From positions 18,498 to 82,497 of IMG/VR virus record IMGVR_UViG_3300043419_000898: a DNA stretch of 64,000 nucleotides; one strand, given 5' to 3'. Numbering within the stretch: position 1 is the stretch's first letter; each line of letters starts with the position of its first letter. The notes beneath the pieces were generated by a model. That model searched no databases and was not told the origin of the DNA. It saw nothing but the letters and a program-made list of their open reading frames with translations. The stretch comes from a virus. Both the position numbers and the translations under genes were made by a program. Below, in pieces: positions 10,687 through 19,359 of this stretch.

Positions 10687-12515
10687 TAGTTAGCCCTCAC
10701 TATCATCTTCATAGGTCCAAACACCACTATGTTGCCACCTATCGTCCTAGTCAACGTCACGTTATACACACCAGCCGTATTCGTTACACTAGTCGTCAAC
10801 TGGAACGTACATCTACCATCAGCGGCGTATACAGGCACACAACTATACGTAGCAATCAACGAGCCTATAGCGTTGTACACCTTAGCCTCTACAGTCGCTC
10901 CTGAGATATCTACACCGTTTTCGTTAGCATCTACCAACTGAACAGATACAGGTGCTTGTACGCCTTGCACGATGTCTAATGGCTGGTCAGAACCTAGTCC
11001 ATCAGCGATGACTTTGAAAGGTCCAATATGCACGATGTTTCCTGCTATGCCTTGCATATTACAAGTAACAACTGCACCGTTCGTCGTGTTAGCACCACCT
11101 ACAAAGATGGTCACGTCATCAGCACCAAAGTCGAATGCGGCGTTAGGTACGTCTAGCCTGTATGTGCCACGAGCGTATGGAGCAGATACTTCACAGAAGC
11201 CACCAGAGACGTAAGAGCCAGTCGGTGTTTGTGCTACTACAGTGATAGGTACTGATGCTTGACCATTGCGTGTGTAGGACGCTGTGAGGTTTGTTGTTGT
11301 GTGTGTAAGACCAGTCGCTCCTAGGTAGAGGTAGAGAGAGCGAGAAGTTTCACCGGGCGCAATTGTGATGGTGCTGGAGTTGCGCTCTGTTGGGACGTAA
11401 CGACCTGTAGATACACTATCGGAATATTCAATCGCACCGATTGTTGGAGTAGATGGAGCAAGCCACGTTACACCATAGATATCAGTGGCAGGTGCGCCTG
11501 TTGATGTACCAGCGTTCTGCGATGCACTGCTTGAATGGTTAGCCCAGAATGGGAAGTTTCCCCACCCTGTGACCCGGCTTAGGTTGTAGTCAGGAGATAT
11601 AAACGCTCGAGTGGTTGACCCTGTTCCTGTTCCAACATTATTCCTAGGAGTGCCGCAATTAAAAATGTTATACGATTCAACTATTTGACCATTATTTGTA
11701 TTTGAAGTAATGCCAGTTGAAGTTTCAAAAATACAATTTCTGATTAATGTTGGATATGTTGTTGTTAGGTTATTGCCCGGATATGGAGCAATTCCAATAT
11801 ATCCTATAAACCTACAGTTTTGAACTGTAATTCCACCTAAAAACGCACCTCCAGAACTAAAAAACTGAAGACACGTGGATGGCGTATATACAGATGGATT
11901 TATAAAAACACAATCCTTAAAAGACGACTGTGAATCAAACGCAGATGTTAATTGACTACTACCAAGCGTAACCGGTGCAAGAAATATACACTTAGATACT
12001 GTAAATCCAGCAGTACTTTGTATTGGTGTAAGCCTTACAGCAAATGAAAAATCAACATTATTTGCTGGTGTGTAAAAACCACACGCTGTGACAACATTAG
12101 ATGTTCCAACAAACTGAAAGATAGTTCCATAAAGTGGGTCACCTCCAGTTCTGTAACCTGTTATATGTAAATTTTGCAATGTTACATATGATTTATTGAT
12201 TTCCAATACCCCAGATGAGTTAGCACTAGTATTTGTTACGTAGTTAGTTAACACTACAGGGCCAGCAGAAACACCGGTAAATTGTGACGCTGTAGGGTCA
12301 CCAGATATTGTAATTCGCTGTCCTTCTGATGTTGGGTTTGTAAATGCCGCTGTGACCGACTCACGATAAACACCGGGAGCAATATACAATGTGTCTCCGG
12401 GAGCAATCCCTGTTGCGCCGATGGCTTTTGTTATCGTCTGCCACGCCTGATTAGTAGCAGGACCAGTGCCAGCGTTTATGTCACTGCCATCAGTCCTGAC
12501 GTAATACGTTGCCAT
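10686..12515 (-). CDS. Beta-helix tailspike/virion protein, paralogue 1
   Basis: Same architecture. Confidence 0.7.
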   Translation of the reverse strand: MATYYVRTDGSDINAGTGPATNQAWQTITKAIGATGIAPGDTLYIAPGVYRESVTAAFTNPTSEGQRITISGDPTASQFTGVSAGPVVLTNYVTNTSANSSGVLEINKSYVTLQNLHITGYRTGGDPLYGTIFQFVGTSNVVTACGFYTPANNVDFSFAVRLTPIQSTAGFTVSKCIFLAPVTLGSSQLTSAFDSQSSFKDCVFINPSVYTPSTCLQFFSSGGAFLGGITVQNCRFIGYIGIAPYPGNNLTTTYPTLIRNCIFETSTGITSNTNNGQIVESYNIFNCGTPRNNVGTGTGSTTRAFISPDYNLSRVTGWGNFPFWANHSSSASQNAGTSTGAPATDIYGVTWLAPSTPTIGAIEYSDSVSTGRYVPTERNSSTITIAPGETSRSLYLYLGATGLTHTTTNLTASYTRNGQASVPITVVAQTPTGSYVSGGFCEVSAPYARGTYRLDVPNAAFDFGADDVTIFVGGANTTNGAVVTCNMQGIAGNIVHIGPFKVIADGLGSDQPLDIVQGVQAPVSVQLVDANENGVDISGATVEAKVYNAIGSLIATYSCVPVYAADGRCTFQLTTSVTNTAGVYNVTLTRTIGGNIVVFGPMKMIVRAN

Positions 12516-12961
12516 TACTCAGCCACACCTTGAATAATTTCATACGCCATCTGAATAGCGAACTGCATTACATACCCATACTGAAACTGCTCATCCTTAC
12601 TGAGCCAGAATTGGTTGATAGACGTGCCATCTTCACCGTACGTATCAAGCACGTTGCCTAAGTCATCTTCGATGTTGCCGAACACTAACCAGTCGTTGTT
12701 AGGCTCATCCTTGTCGATATGGAAGTCCTGTAGGTTGATACCGCTACGCCCTACCTTATCGGTTGCTATGACGATAGCAAACTGCTGTGAGATACCCAAC
12801 TGGAACGCATCATCCTGTCGGAACCACCACTGCATGACCGTAGTGCCATCTTCGCCAAACGTGCCAAGAAGATTACCGGCATCATCTTCAATATCGCCAA
12901 AGATAATCCAGTCACCGACGTTCTGTGGATACGGTTCTATACGAAAGTTTTGTAGGTTCAT
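12515..12961 (-). CDS. Small partner protein with two tandem copies of the NLQ.F.I..DW..FG.IEDD.GN domain
   Basis: Internal duplication visible in the protein; ATG at 12961 overlaps the upstream stop. Confidence 0.6.
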   Translation of the reverse strand: MNLQNFRIEPYPQNVGDWIIFGDIEDDAGNLLGTFGEDGTTVMQWWFRQDDAFQLGISQQFAIVIATDKVGRSGINLQDFHIDKDEPNNDWLVFGNIEDDLGNVLDTYGEDGTSINQFWLSKDEQFQYGYVMQFAIQMAYEIIQGVAE

Positions 12962-13245
12962 AGTTTCACTGCCTGCTTCCATCTCATTCTATGCCAAAAG
13001 AATGCCCATGAAAACAAACCCGCCAAGCCCATATTCAAGACGATTTCTGACCAAGCCGGTGTTGATAATGACAGTACGTTCATCAGTGCACCAGCGGCTA
13101 CAACAGCCAAAGATATCTTTATCCAACCACGAACAACGAAAGGCATACGGGTGATTGGATTACCCTCTGCTTGCAACATGGCTATAAAGCCTGTTATGGA
13201 TACTGCGATAATGCCAGACGCTACGGCATTAAGGAGTGTTGCCAT
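12958..13245 (-). CDS. Three-TM membrane protein (holin/antiholin-like)
   Basis: Three hydrophobic segments, basic C-terminus, next to holin-like genes. Confidence 0.5.
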   Translation of the reverse strand: MATLLNAVASGIIAVSITGFIAMLQAEGNPITRMPFVVRGWIKISLAVVAAGALMNVLSLSTPAWSEIVLNMGLAGLFSWAFFWHRMRWKQAVKL

Positions 13246-13540
13246 CTTTCTCTACCTTCGTTGTTTTTAGTTGCAACTTCTCGGTAATCAGTTCGACTCC
13301 ACGTAGTCCAAGCGTACCCATCAAGAAACTCAGTCCAAGCATATACTTAGGCTCAGTTATCTTGAGCAAGTCAGCGATAATAGGTGTCAGGTAAGTAGCA
13401 CTAGCCGTACCAGACATAACTGCTATCACTAGACCGCCGATGTTCTTGTGACTTTGGCGTGAGACCCCAACGAGACTACCGAAAAATCCCGCTACAATCT
13501 GTTGTATCTCGTCTGAGCTCAGACCTCTATCAATTGACAT
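13229..13540 (-). CDS. Putative holin
   Basis: AGFFGSLV...GTASATYLTP...SFLMGTLGLRGVE pattern typical of phage holins; charged tail. Confidence 0.65.
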   Translation of the reverse strand: MSIDRGLSSDEIQQIVAGFFGSLVGVSRQSHKNIGGLVIAVMSGTASATYLTPIIADLLKITEPKYMLGLSFLMGTLGLRGVELITEKLQLKTTKVEKDGNTP

Positions 13541-13886
13541 CTTCTGTATCCCGTGTCGCTTTATTACGGCTCAATACCGCTCCGACTGTGCTTATCTTCA
13601 TCTCATCTTCGAGTTGCTGAATAGCAGACTGCTTAGCACTCGCAAGTTGAAACGTTGGGGTGTCAGCATCCTGACGCATGAAGAAGGCGATACAGGCACT
13701 GATACACGCAGGTACACCACCTTGCAGTCCTTCAATACAAGACACTGTAAAGGCTTTCATGACCATACCGAACGATGCTGTGTCAGGGATATGTTGCGTC
13801 TTCCAACTAGCATCAAACTCAGGTCCAAAGCCAGCCATAAAGGCACCTAGTGCGACTAGGACAAGACGACCATAGGCTATGTTCAT
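13530..13886 (-). CDS. Membrane protein, holin-like
   Basis: Two hydrophobic segments; lysis-cluster position. Confidence 0.45.
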   Translation of the reverse strand: MNIAYGRLVLVALGAFMAGFGPEFDASWKTQHIPDTASFGMVMKAFTVSCIEGLQGGVPACISACIAFFMRQDADTPTFQLASAKQSAIQQLEDEMKISTVGAVLSRNKATRDTEDVN

Positions 13887-14281
13887 AGGGCATCAACTCC
13901 GTTATCAACAACGACATCTCCCTTTGCTATCAAAAGGATTGCATCTGACCTACCGTAGTCAACTGAGGTGATATTGAAGACACGAGACCTCATCGCCCCA
14001 TTAGTCACTTTTACTCTGTCCTTGGGCAATACAGAGGTTTCTACGGGCATATAAATCGTCCAGTCGCTTCTTGCCTGTAGTACTCCGCCTTCCAAAGTCT
14101 CAGCACCGTCGTCGAAGACTATACGGGCTTTTGTTGTTTGTGTGATTCTCCAGTCAGATGTGATTCCACCCATGCCGTCAGATTGCGGTAAGTCACGCAA
14201 AATCTGCACATCCGTAGAGCAAGCACGGCGTGTCATCTCGGCACGTATAGGCGACATAGCATCTGGATTAATCATATACAA
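13883..14281 (-). CDS. Head closure / head-tail joining protein
   Basis: SDGMGG..W, V.PKDRV.V, F.ITSVD motifs of SPP1 gp16-like proteins; follows the adaptor gene. Confidence 0.7.
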   Translation of the reverse strand: MYMINPDAMSPIRAEMTRRACSTDVQILRDLPQSDGMGGITSDWRITQTTKARIVFDDGAETLEGGVLQARSDWTIYMPVETSVLPKDRVKVTNGAMRSRVFNITSVDYGRSDAILLIAKGDVVVDNGVDAL

Positions 14282-14383
14282 AGATGTTGTACATAAATGA
14301 TTGTCAGGAATCTATGATTGTTGCGTTGACAAGACTTAATGACGGCTGTATGATTCCGCTGAGTGTGTTCGAGCGAAAAGCAG

Positions 14384-14410
14384 AAGACCAACCTTTCGGT
14401 TGGTCTTTTT
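14384..14410. terminator. Intrinsic terminator-like hairpin
   Basis: AAGACCAACC-TTTC-GGTTGGTCTT with flanking A/T runs. Confidence 0.6.
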
Positions 14411-14412
14411 GT

Positions 14413-14889
14413 TTAGAAGATGTTGTACGGTCGATATCGTTCGGCAGTCTTCATACAGTTGTCATACAACTGATTCATCTTGATATCTACAGAACCATCA
14501 GTAGAGTCAGCAAACTCAGTACATCGTTGAGCCTTTAGTAGCCAACCACGCCAAGCGGCTCGCTTGATATCGTAACGCTCAGTCCAAGCGGCTCCATCGT
14601 CAGCCCACTCACATGTGCCATCAGTTTGGAGTTTTCCTTTGTATGGGTTTGTTGTCCAAGATGGCTCAGTTGCCCCTGTAATACCGGGGACAACACATAC
14701 ATAGATTCTGCCCGAGCGTGTAGCAGGAAATACTATGTCATCTACATCGTATGCGGTTTCTGGTTCCCAGAGTAGTCCACGCCTACTCTCATCTACAAGA
14801 GCAAGCAGGTCATCGGAAGACAGTGTTGGTTGTCTTTCCGCACTGCACATACGTGCCAAGTCTAATGCTATTTCTTCTCTTGTTTTCAT
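14413..14889 (-). CDS. Head-tail adaptor with inserted carbohydrate-binding-like module
   Basis: PTLS.DDL..L and YDI.RAA..GW..KA adaptor-like ends flanking W...TAY..DDIV.P...Y.C...G.TG..EP.W insert. Confidence 0.55.
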   Translation of the reverse strand: MKTREEIALDLARMCSAERQPTLSSDDLLALVDESRRGLLWEPETAYDVDDIVFPATRSGRIYVCVVPGITGATEPSWTTNPYKGKLQTDGTCEWADDGAAWTERYDIKRAAWRGWLLKAQRCTEFADSTDGSVDIKMNQLYDNCMKTAERYRPYNIF

Positions 14890-14995
14890 AGTTGCCTATC
14901 AAAAAAGTGACCCGGCTGTTTGAGCATATACAGAGGCTTGCCGGGTTCTTTGACGAAGACTAGGTGGATGGTTAGTCCACCTAGTAATTTACCGA

Positions 14996-15430
14996 TTACA
15001 GAATTACTTCGTAACCAGTTGCACCACGGGTAGCAGCCGTAAACGGTGCTTCCTTTGCACGGCTGAGTACACAGGTAACAGCGGCAAGCAGACCTGTCGA
15101 AGTGCCAGCGAGTGAGAAGCGAAGATAACGACGACGCTTGCGTACATCCAACTGATAGATGTACAACTTGCCGTTGTCAGTTGTTGCAGTGATAGCTGCG
15201 ACGTTTGACGTGCCAGCAACGTCAACCCACGTGGAGTTGTCATCAGATTCCTGAAGTTTCAGTCCACCGATTGCAACCGTTGTAGAGATGACACCAGCCT
15301 GAACATAGATAGAAGCCCAGTCGAACTTCGTACCAGTCTGCACGGTGTCAACAGCCGTACCGGTAACAGTTGCGGTAACTGCTACTGGTGCAAGCATTTC
15401 GATGACTTTTGCATCCATGAGTTTAATCAT
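14996..15430 (-). CDS. Capsid decoration/cement-like protein
   Basis: Directly after the MCP; LQESDDNSTW.DV...RRYLR jelly-roll motif. Confidence 0.6.
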   Translation of the reverse strand: MIKLMDAKVIEMLAPVAVTATVTGTAVDTVQTGTKFDWASIYVQAGVISTTVAIGGLKLQESDDNSTWVDVAGTSNVAAITATTDNGKLYIYQLDVRKRRRYLRFSLAGTSTGLLAAVTCVLSRAKEAPFTAATRGATGYEVIL

Positions 15431-15482
15431 GTTGTTTCTCCTCTAGAGGGGTTTCTCAACCCCTCTAGTATTTCAGTGATTA

Positions 15483-16844
15483 CTACGAAGCAGCAGTAAT
15501 CAGACCAACGATAGGACCGGGCTGGCGGTTAGCCGCTACGGACGAAGCGTTTCCAACGTCATGGACGTTGATATCGTAACGCTGTGTACCACGGAGCGTC
15601 AACTCATCAGTCGTGAAGGCAGCATGCTCGGAGAGAGCAAGCGTAACGTCACGGCGGTCACCAAGCATGGAGCCAAGGCGAAGGTCGCCAAGGAGACAAC
15701 ATACCTGTGAGTTAGCCTCATCCTTAGGCATGACCTGTGCAAACTCCACTGGGTAACCCATGAAGTACTGGCGTGGGATGCCGTTGATGATTTCGGTCGA
15801 AGTAACACCACCGGTTGCTTCAGCCAACTTACACATGACCTCATGGTAGAAGGAACGATGAACAATCCATCGTGCACCAGCACCGTCAGCGTACTGTGGA
15901 AGACGACCGATGACCTTGCGGAAGTCGGAAAGAATCAACTCGGAGTAAGCGTTTCCGGTTCCAACAACGAGACCAGCGATGTTACCGATGGTGCCATCAA
16001 GACCCTTGAGTTTTTCACGGACACCAACGATACCACCGTATGTGGAGGTGCCGTCACCGTTGAAACCAGCGTTGTCTTCAGCGTTTGCAAATGCATATGC
16101 GATTTCGTCGGAAACCGTGTTTGCAATTTCAATCGTGGAGTCTTCGTTGAGTTCAGCAGTCAACTTAGCAATAACGCCAAGTTTCTTGGTTACCAAGCGA
16201 ACACGGTCCCAGTTGAGTTCGGACTCGTTGATGGTTGCGCCTTCTCCAACGTAGAAAGCGGTAAGACCACCACGGCGACGTGGGCGGGACTGAGTATCGG
16301 ACGTCATTGGGACAACACGAGTCAGGCGGCGGAATACACCGTACTGCTCACGAAGGTCGATGAGGTCGTTGAGGAACTCTTCAGGAACAAGGAATCCACC
16401 AACTTCGTTCTCGAACTCGTTGTGACCCTTGATTTCAATACCACGCTCACGGCACCATGATGCAGCCTTAGCGTTTCCAGCAGGTCCACCAAGGAACCAC
16501 TGTCCAAAGCGGTATGCCTTGAGTGCTCGCTCTTGCTGAGTAGCACCAGCAAAGTTGGTGACACGGTTGCCAGCAGGGAGGCGGATAGCCTTAAGTGCAT
16601 CTGCTTCAGCACGGTCGGAAACCGACTTGGTTGCTGGCTCAGGCTTAGGTGCTTCATATGGAAGAGCACTTGTCTCAGAGATGGTACGTAGGGATTTGAT
16701 ACGAGCGGCAATGCCTTCGTTCTCTTCAATCAGCGTAGCAGCATCTGCTGGGTCAAGGTTCATGTCTGCGAGAATAGCCTGAGCGGTTGCCTTGTTGGCT
16801 TCCATCTTGGACTCAAGCGAGTTGATACGGGAAATAATATCCAT
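15483..16844 (-). CDS. Major capsid protein (HK97 fold)
   Basis: Coiled-coil delta domain, GGFLVPEEF, VGEG..I.ES, EL.EDS, F.NGDGT, LLGDL, R...RYD motifs; strong RBS. Confidence 0.93.
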   Translation of the reverse strand: MDIISRINSLESKMEANKATAQAILADMNLDPADAATLIEENEGIAARIKSLRTISETSALPYEAPKPEPATKSVSDRAEADALKAIRLPAGNRVTNFAGATQQERALKAYRFGQWFLGGPAGNAKAASWCRERGIEIKGHNEFENEVGGFLVPEEFLNDLIDLREQYGVFRRLTRVVPMTSDTQSRPRRRGGLTAFYVGEGATINESELNWDRVRLVTKKLGVIAKLTAELNEDSTIEIANTVSDEIAYAFANAEDNAGFNGDGTSTYGGIVGVREKLKGLDGTIGNIAGLVVGTGNAYSELILSDFRKVIGRLPQYADGAGARWIVHRSFYHEVMCKLAEATGGVTSTEIINGIPRQYFMGYPVEFAQVMPKDEANSQVCCLLGDLRLGSMLGDRRDVTLALSEHAAFTTDELTLRGTQRYDINVHDVGNASSVAANRQPGPIVGLITAAS

Positions 16845-16856
16845 ATCTCTACCTTT

Positions 16857-18437
16857 CTAGATTTGCATTCTCTGTGCGAGAAGTTTGCGGGTTAGTTCAT
16901 CTCGAACACGACGAGCTTCCTCATCGTCATACGATTTGACATCCTCTTGAACTGGTTCTTCTGTTGCTTCTTCTGCTGGTGCTTCTGCATCAACAACTTC
17001 TACTTCTTCGGAAACCACTTCTTCAGCGGTTTCAGCAACAACCTCTCCAGTTGCTGCTGGCTCAGCGTCATCGGTTGTTTGTTCAACAACTTCTTCCACT
17101 GATTGGACATCTGCTGACTTAACGTCAACTTCGTCCATTTCGGCTTCTTCCACTGCATCGCACAGTGCCTTCCACCCATGGGATGCAAGCATTTTTGCTT
17201 CCCGGCGAGAAAGACTGAGTGCTTCACGCACCCGTCGCTCGAATTCAGTAACGCTCGTTGGTTTTGACTTAGAGAACAGGACGTTCATCTCATGAACTTC
17301 CTTCATAGGTCTCTTCTTCTTACCCATGTAACCAACAAGCATTTGACCAAATGAATCAACATTACTCATCAATGCCGAGTGATATTGGTCAATATCATCT
17401 TCTTCAACTTCACCATCGTTCAATGCACTAAGCATTTCCTGATAAGCCATCATCAAGTGTGACAGAATCAAAGAAAGAGTTGCAGGACTAATCTCTGGAC
17501 CTTCGTTCTCATCTTCCATGTCTGGCTGCATTGGCATACCCGGTTGCATCGGCATGTCATCTTTAGCCATAGCCATGCATGTTGGACAGTCTTCGTTTGA
17601 ACCAAGAACATCTCCACATGTTGGGCACATACTCTTCATGCGATGTGTGATGCATCCCTTACAGGTCATATTCGACCCGATTACACCTTTACACATGGGA
17701 CATTCAGAATCTAACTTAAATGCTGACTGTCGCTTCTTCTTTGGACCACACATGTCAATGTTGCTGTTCATTGAATAACTATCCACCATATCTTCATCCA
17801 TTTTTCGCTTACGTTTTGGCATCCAACTGTATGTATTAATCTCAGGCATTGACATACGCATCTTCGGCTTTATGGATGGCAATGGCATCATGTTAGGGAT
17901 ACCGCATTTTGCTTCATTAGGTGTAATCAATGGTGCGAAGTCAGAAAGTGACTTTGCGAAAGCCAAGTTACGTGGTTCAGCAGGACGTGGTGTAAGACTT
18001 GCTTCAGCAAGTGGCCATACAGTCAGAAGGTTTGTATCTTCATTGTATGACTTTTCACGAACAACAAGGTGACCAGCCGCACCAGAAGAGAATCCAAGGC
18101 GTCCCTCAACAGCGAGACGCTTAATCATCTCACGGTACTGGTCAGAAACCTGAATCTGACCTTCATACCAAAGACCGGCTTCTTTGACAACGATACGTCC
18201 AGTCCCGACTGCCTTCTTGCCAATGACTGGGTCCATGCCATGAGCATAGTAAAGGTTCATTGGAACCGAGTCACCAATCTTCATCGGGCGTCCAAAGTCA
18301 CACTGAGGTGAAAAGACATCACCCTCTAGGTCTTGTCCACCGAAACGGACAAGGTACCCACGGACTTTACCGTCGGTCGTTGCTTTCACTTCGTCGCCGA
18401 AGCGAATCACGATTTCGTTGTCGTTATCTACTGACAT
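16857..18437 (-). CDS. Prohead maturation protease with long scaffold-like extension
   Basis: GYLVRFG..DL.GD.F, YYAHG, GLW.EG, LGFSSG, EASLTP.PAEPRN (HK97 protease); acidic C-terminus. Confidence 0.85.
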   Translation of the reverse strand: MSVDNDNEIVIRFGDEVKATTDGKVRGYLVRFGGQDLEGDVFSPQCDFGRPMKIGDSVPMNLYYAHGMDPVIGKKAVGTGRIVVKEAGLWYEGQIQVSDQYREMIKRLAVEGRLGFSSGAAGHLVVREKSYNEDTNLLTVWPLAEASLTPRPAEPRNLAFAKSLSDFAPLITPNEAKCGIPNMMPLPSIKPKMRMSMPEINTYSWMPKRKRKMDEDMVDSYSMNSNIDMCGPKKKRQSAFKLDSECPMCKGVIGSNMTCKGCITHRMKSMCPTCGDVLGSNEDCPTCMAMAKDDMPMQPGMPMQPDMEDENEGPEISPATLSLILSHLMMAYQEMLSALNDGEVEEDDIDQYHSALMSNVDSFGQMLVGYMGKKKRPMKEVHEMNVLFSKSKPTSVTEFERRVREALSLSRREAKMLASHGWKALCDAVEEAEMDEVDVKSADVQSVEEVVEQTTDDAEPAATGEVVAETAEEVVSEEVEVVDAEAPAEEATEEPVQEDVKSYDDEEARRVRDELTRKLLAQRMQI

Positions 18438-18462
18438 AGTCTTTTCATATCCTCTGCAAACG

Positions 18463-19359
18463 TCACGCTTGTTTCGAATCGCCTTCGTCTACAGTTAGTA
18501 ATACATTTAGTGAATCACCTTTCAACCACTTCGCATACTTGTCGTCACCAAGGACGGCTTTTGCTTCGTATGTTGGCAGCAATTCAAACATCTCATCTGC
18601 TGACATGATGCCTTTGACATCATTCACAGCAACATCTGTATAAAACAACGGAACACACTTGCAGTCACTTCCGTGAACAACAAACGAGTTAGTCAGATTA
18701 ATATCTGTTCCGTGTACAAACCAGCATTCTGCTTTTGTCGTCACATCGCAAGGGCTTACAGTCATACATTTGACTTGTTTGTCCCGTACGGTCAATCTAA
18801 CGACATCAACAAATAGGTTTTCTACAGACTTTTCGAACAGATTTATTATGTCAGACATAAACATCTCGTCTGCGTCATAAATAGCCGACATGAGCAAATC
18901 TGGACGTGCGTTGTATGATTTACCAATCTGATTTCTTTGTGAATCAACGATATCGGATATCGCACATTCCATTTGATAGTCAAAATCAGAAGTGAATAAC
19001 TGGCTCAACATTGAGTCTATTTCTTCGTCACTGACCAGCGTTTTACCGTTCAGGACTTCCGAACTTTCGTTCAGTTCTTCCACAATCATCTTGACAAAGG
19101 TTGCCTTAGTTTCATCAAACTTGTCAAGCATCAACGATGCGGTCATCAATGTCACAGTGTGTAGACGGCGATGCAGGATAGCAAGCGTCGTTTCATCTGC
19201 ACCACTCATCTTGACCATTGAGCCGATGGACTCTAGCGTCTTTCGTTGTTTCTTGTATTTCTCTTGCAGTGACTCAACCGCTTTTTTCATGCTTGACTTG
19301 TACTCACGGCGGAGTTCCGTCATGATTAAAAGCGATTCATCAAGGGACTCTAAACTCAT
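18463..19359 (-). CDS. Minor head protein, divergent MuF/SPP1 gp7-like
   Basis: Between portal and protease; D.TT..EC...HG....H..CKC resembles the MuF Cys/His motif. Confidence 0.5.
   Translation of the reverse strand: MSLESLDESLLIMTELRREYKSSMKKAVESLQEKYKKQRKTLESIGSMVKMSGADETTLAILHRRLHTVTLMTASLMLDKFDETKATFVKMIVEELNESSEVLNGKTLVSDEEIDSMLSQLFTSDFDYQMECAISDIVDSQRNQIGKSYNARPDLLMSAIYDADEMFMSDIINLFEKSVENLFVDVVRLTVRDKQVKCMTVSPCDVTTKAECWFVHGTDINLTNSFVVHGSDCKCVPLFYTDVAVNDVKGIMSADEMFELLPTYEAKAVLGDDKYAKWLKGDSLNVLLTVDEGDSKQA

Noticed and set aside
1-12515. Diversity-generating retroelement or invertase shufflon acting on the spike genes
   Set aside because: No reverse transcriptase, TR/VR pair, inverted gene copies or catalytic recombinase seen; all copies are intact and co-oriented
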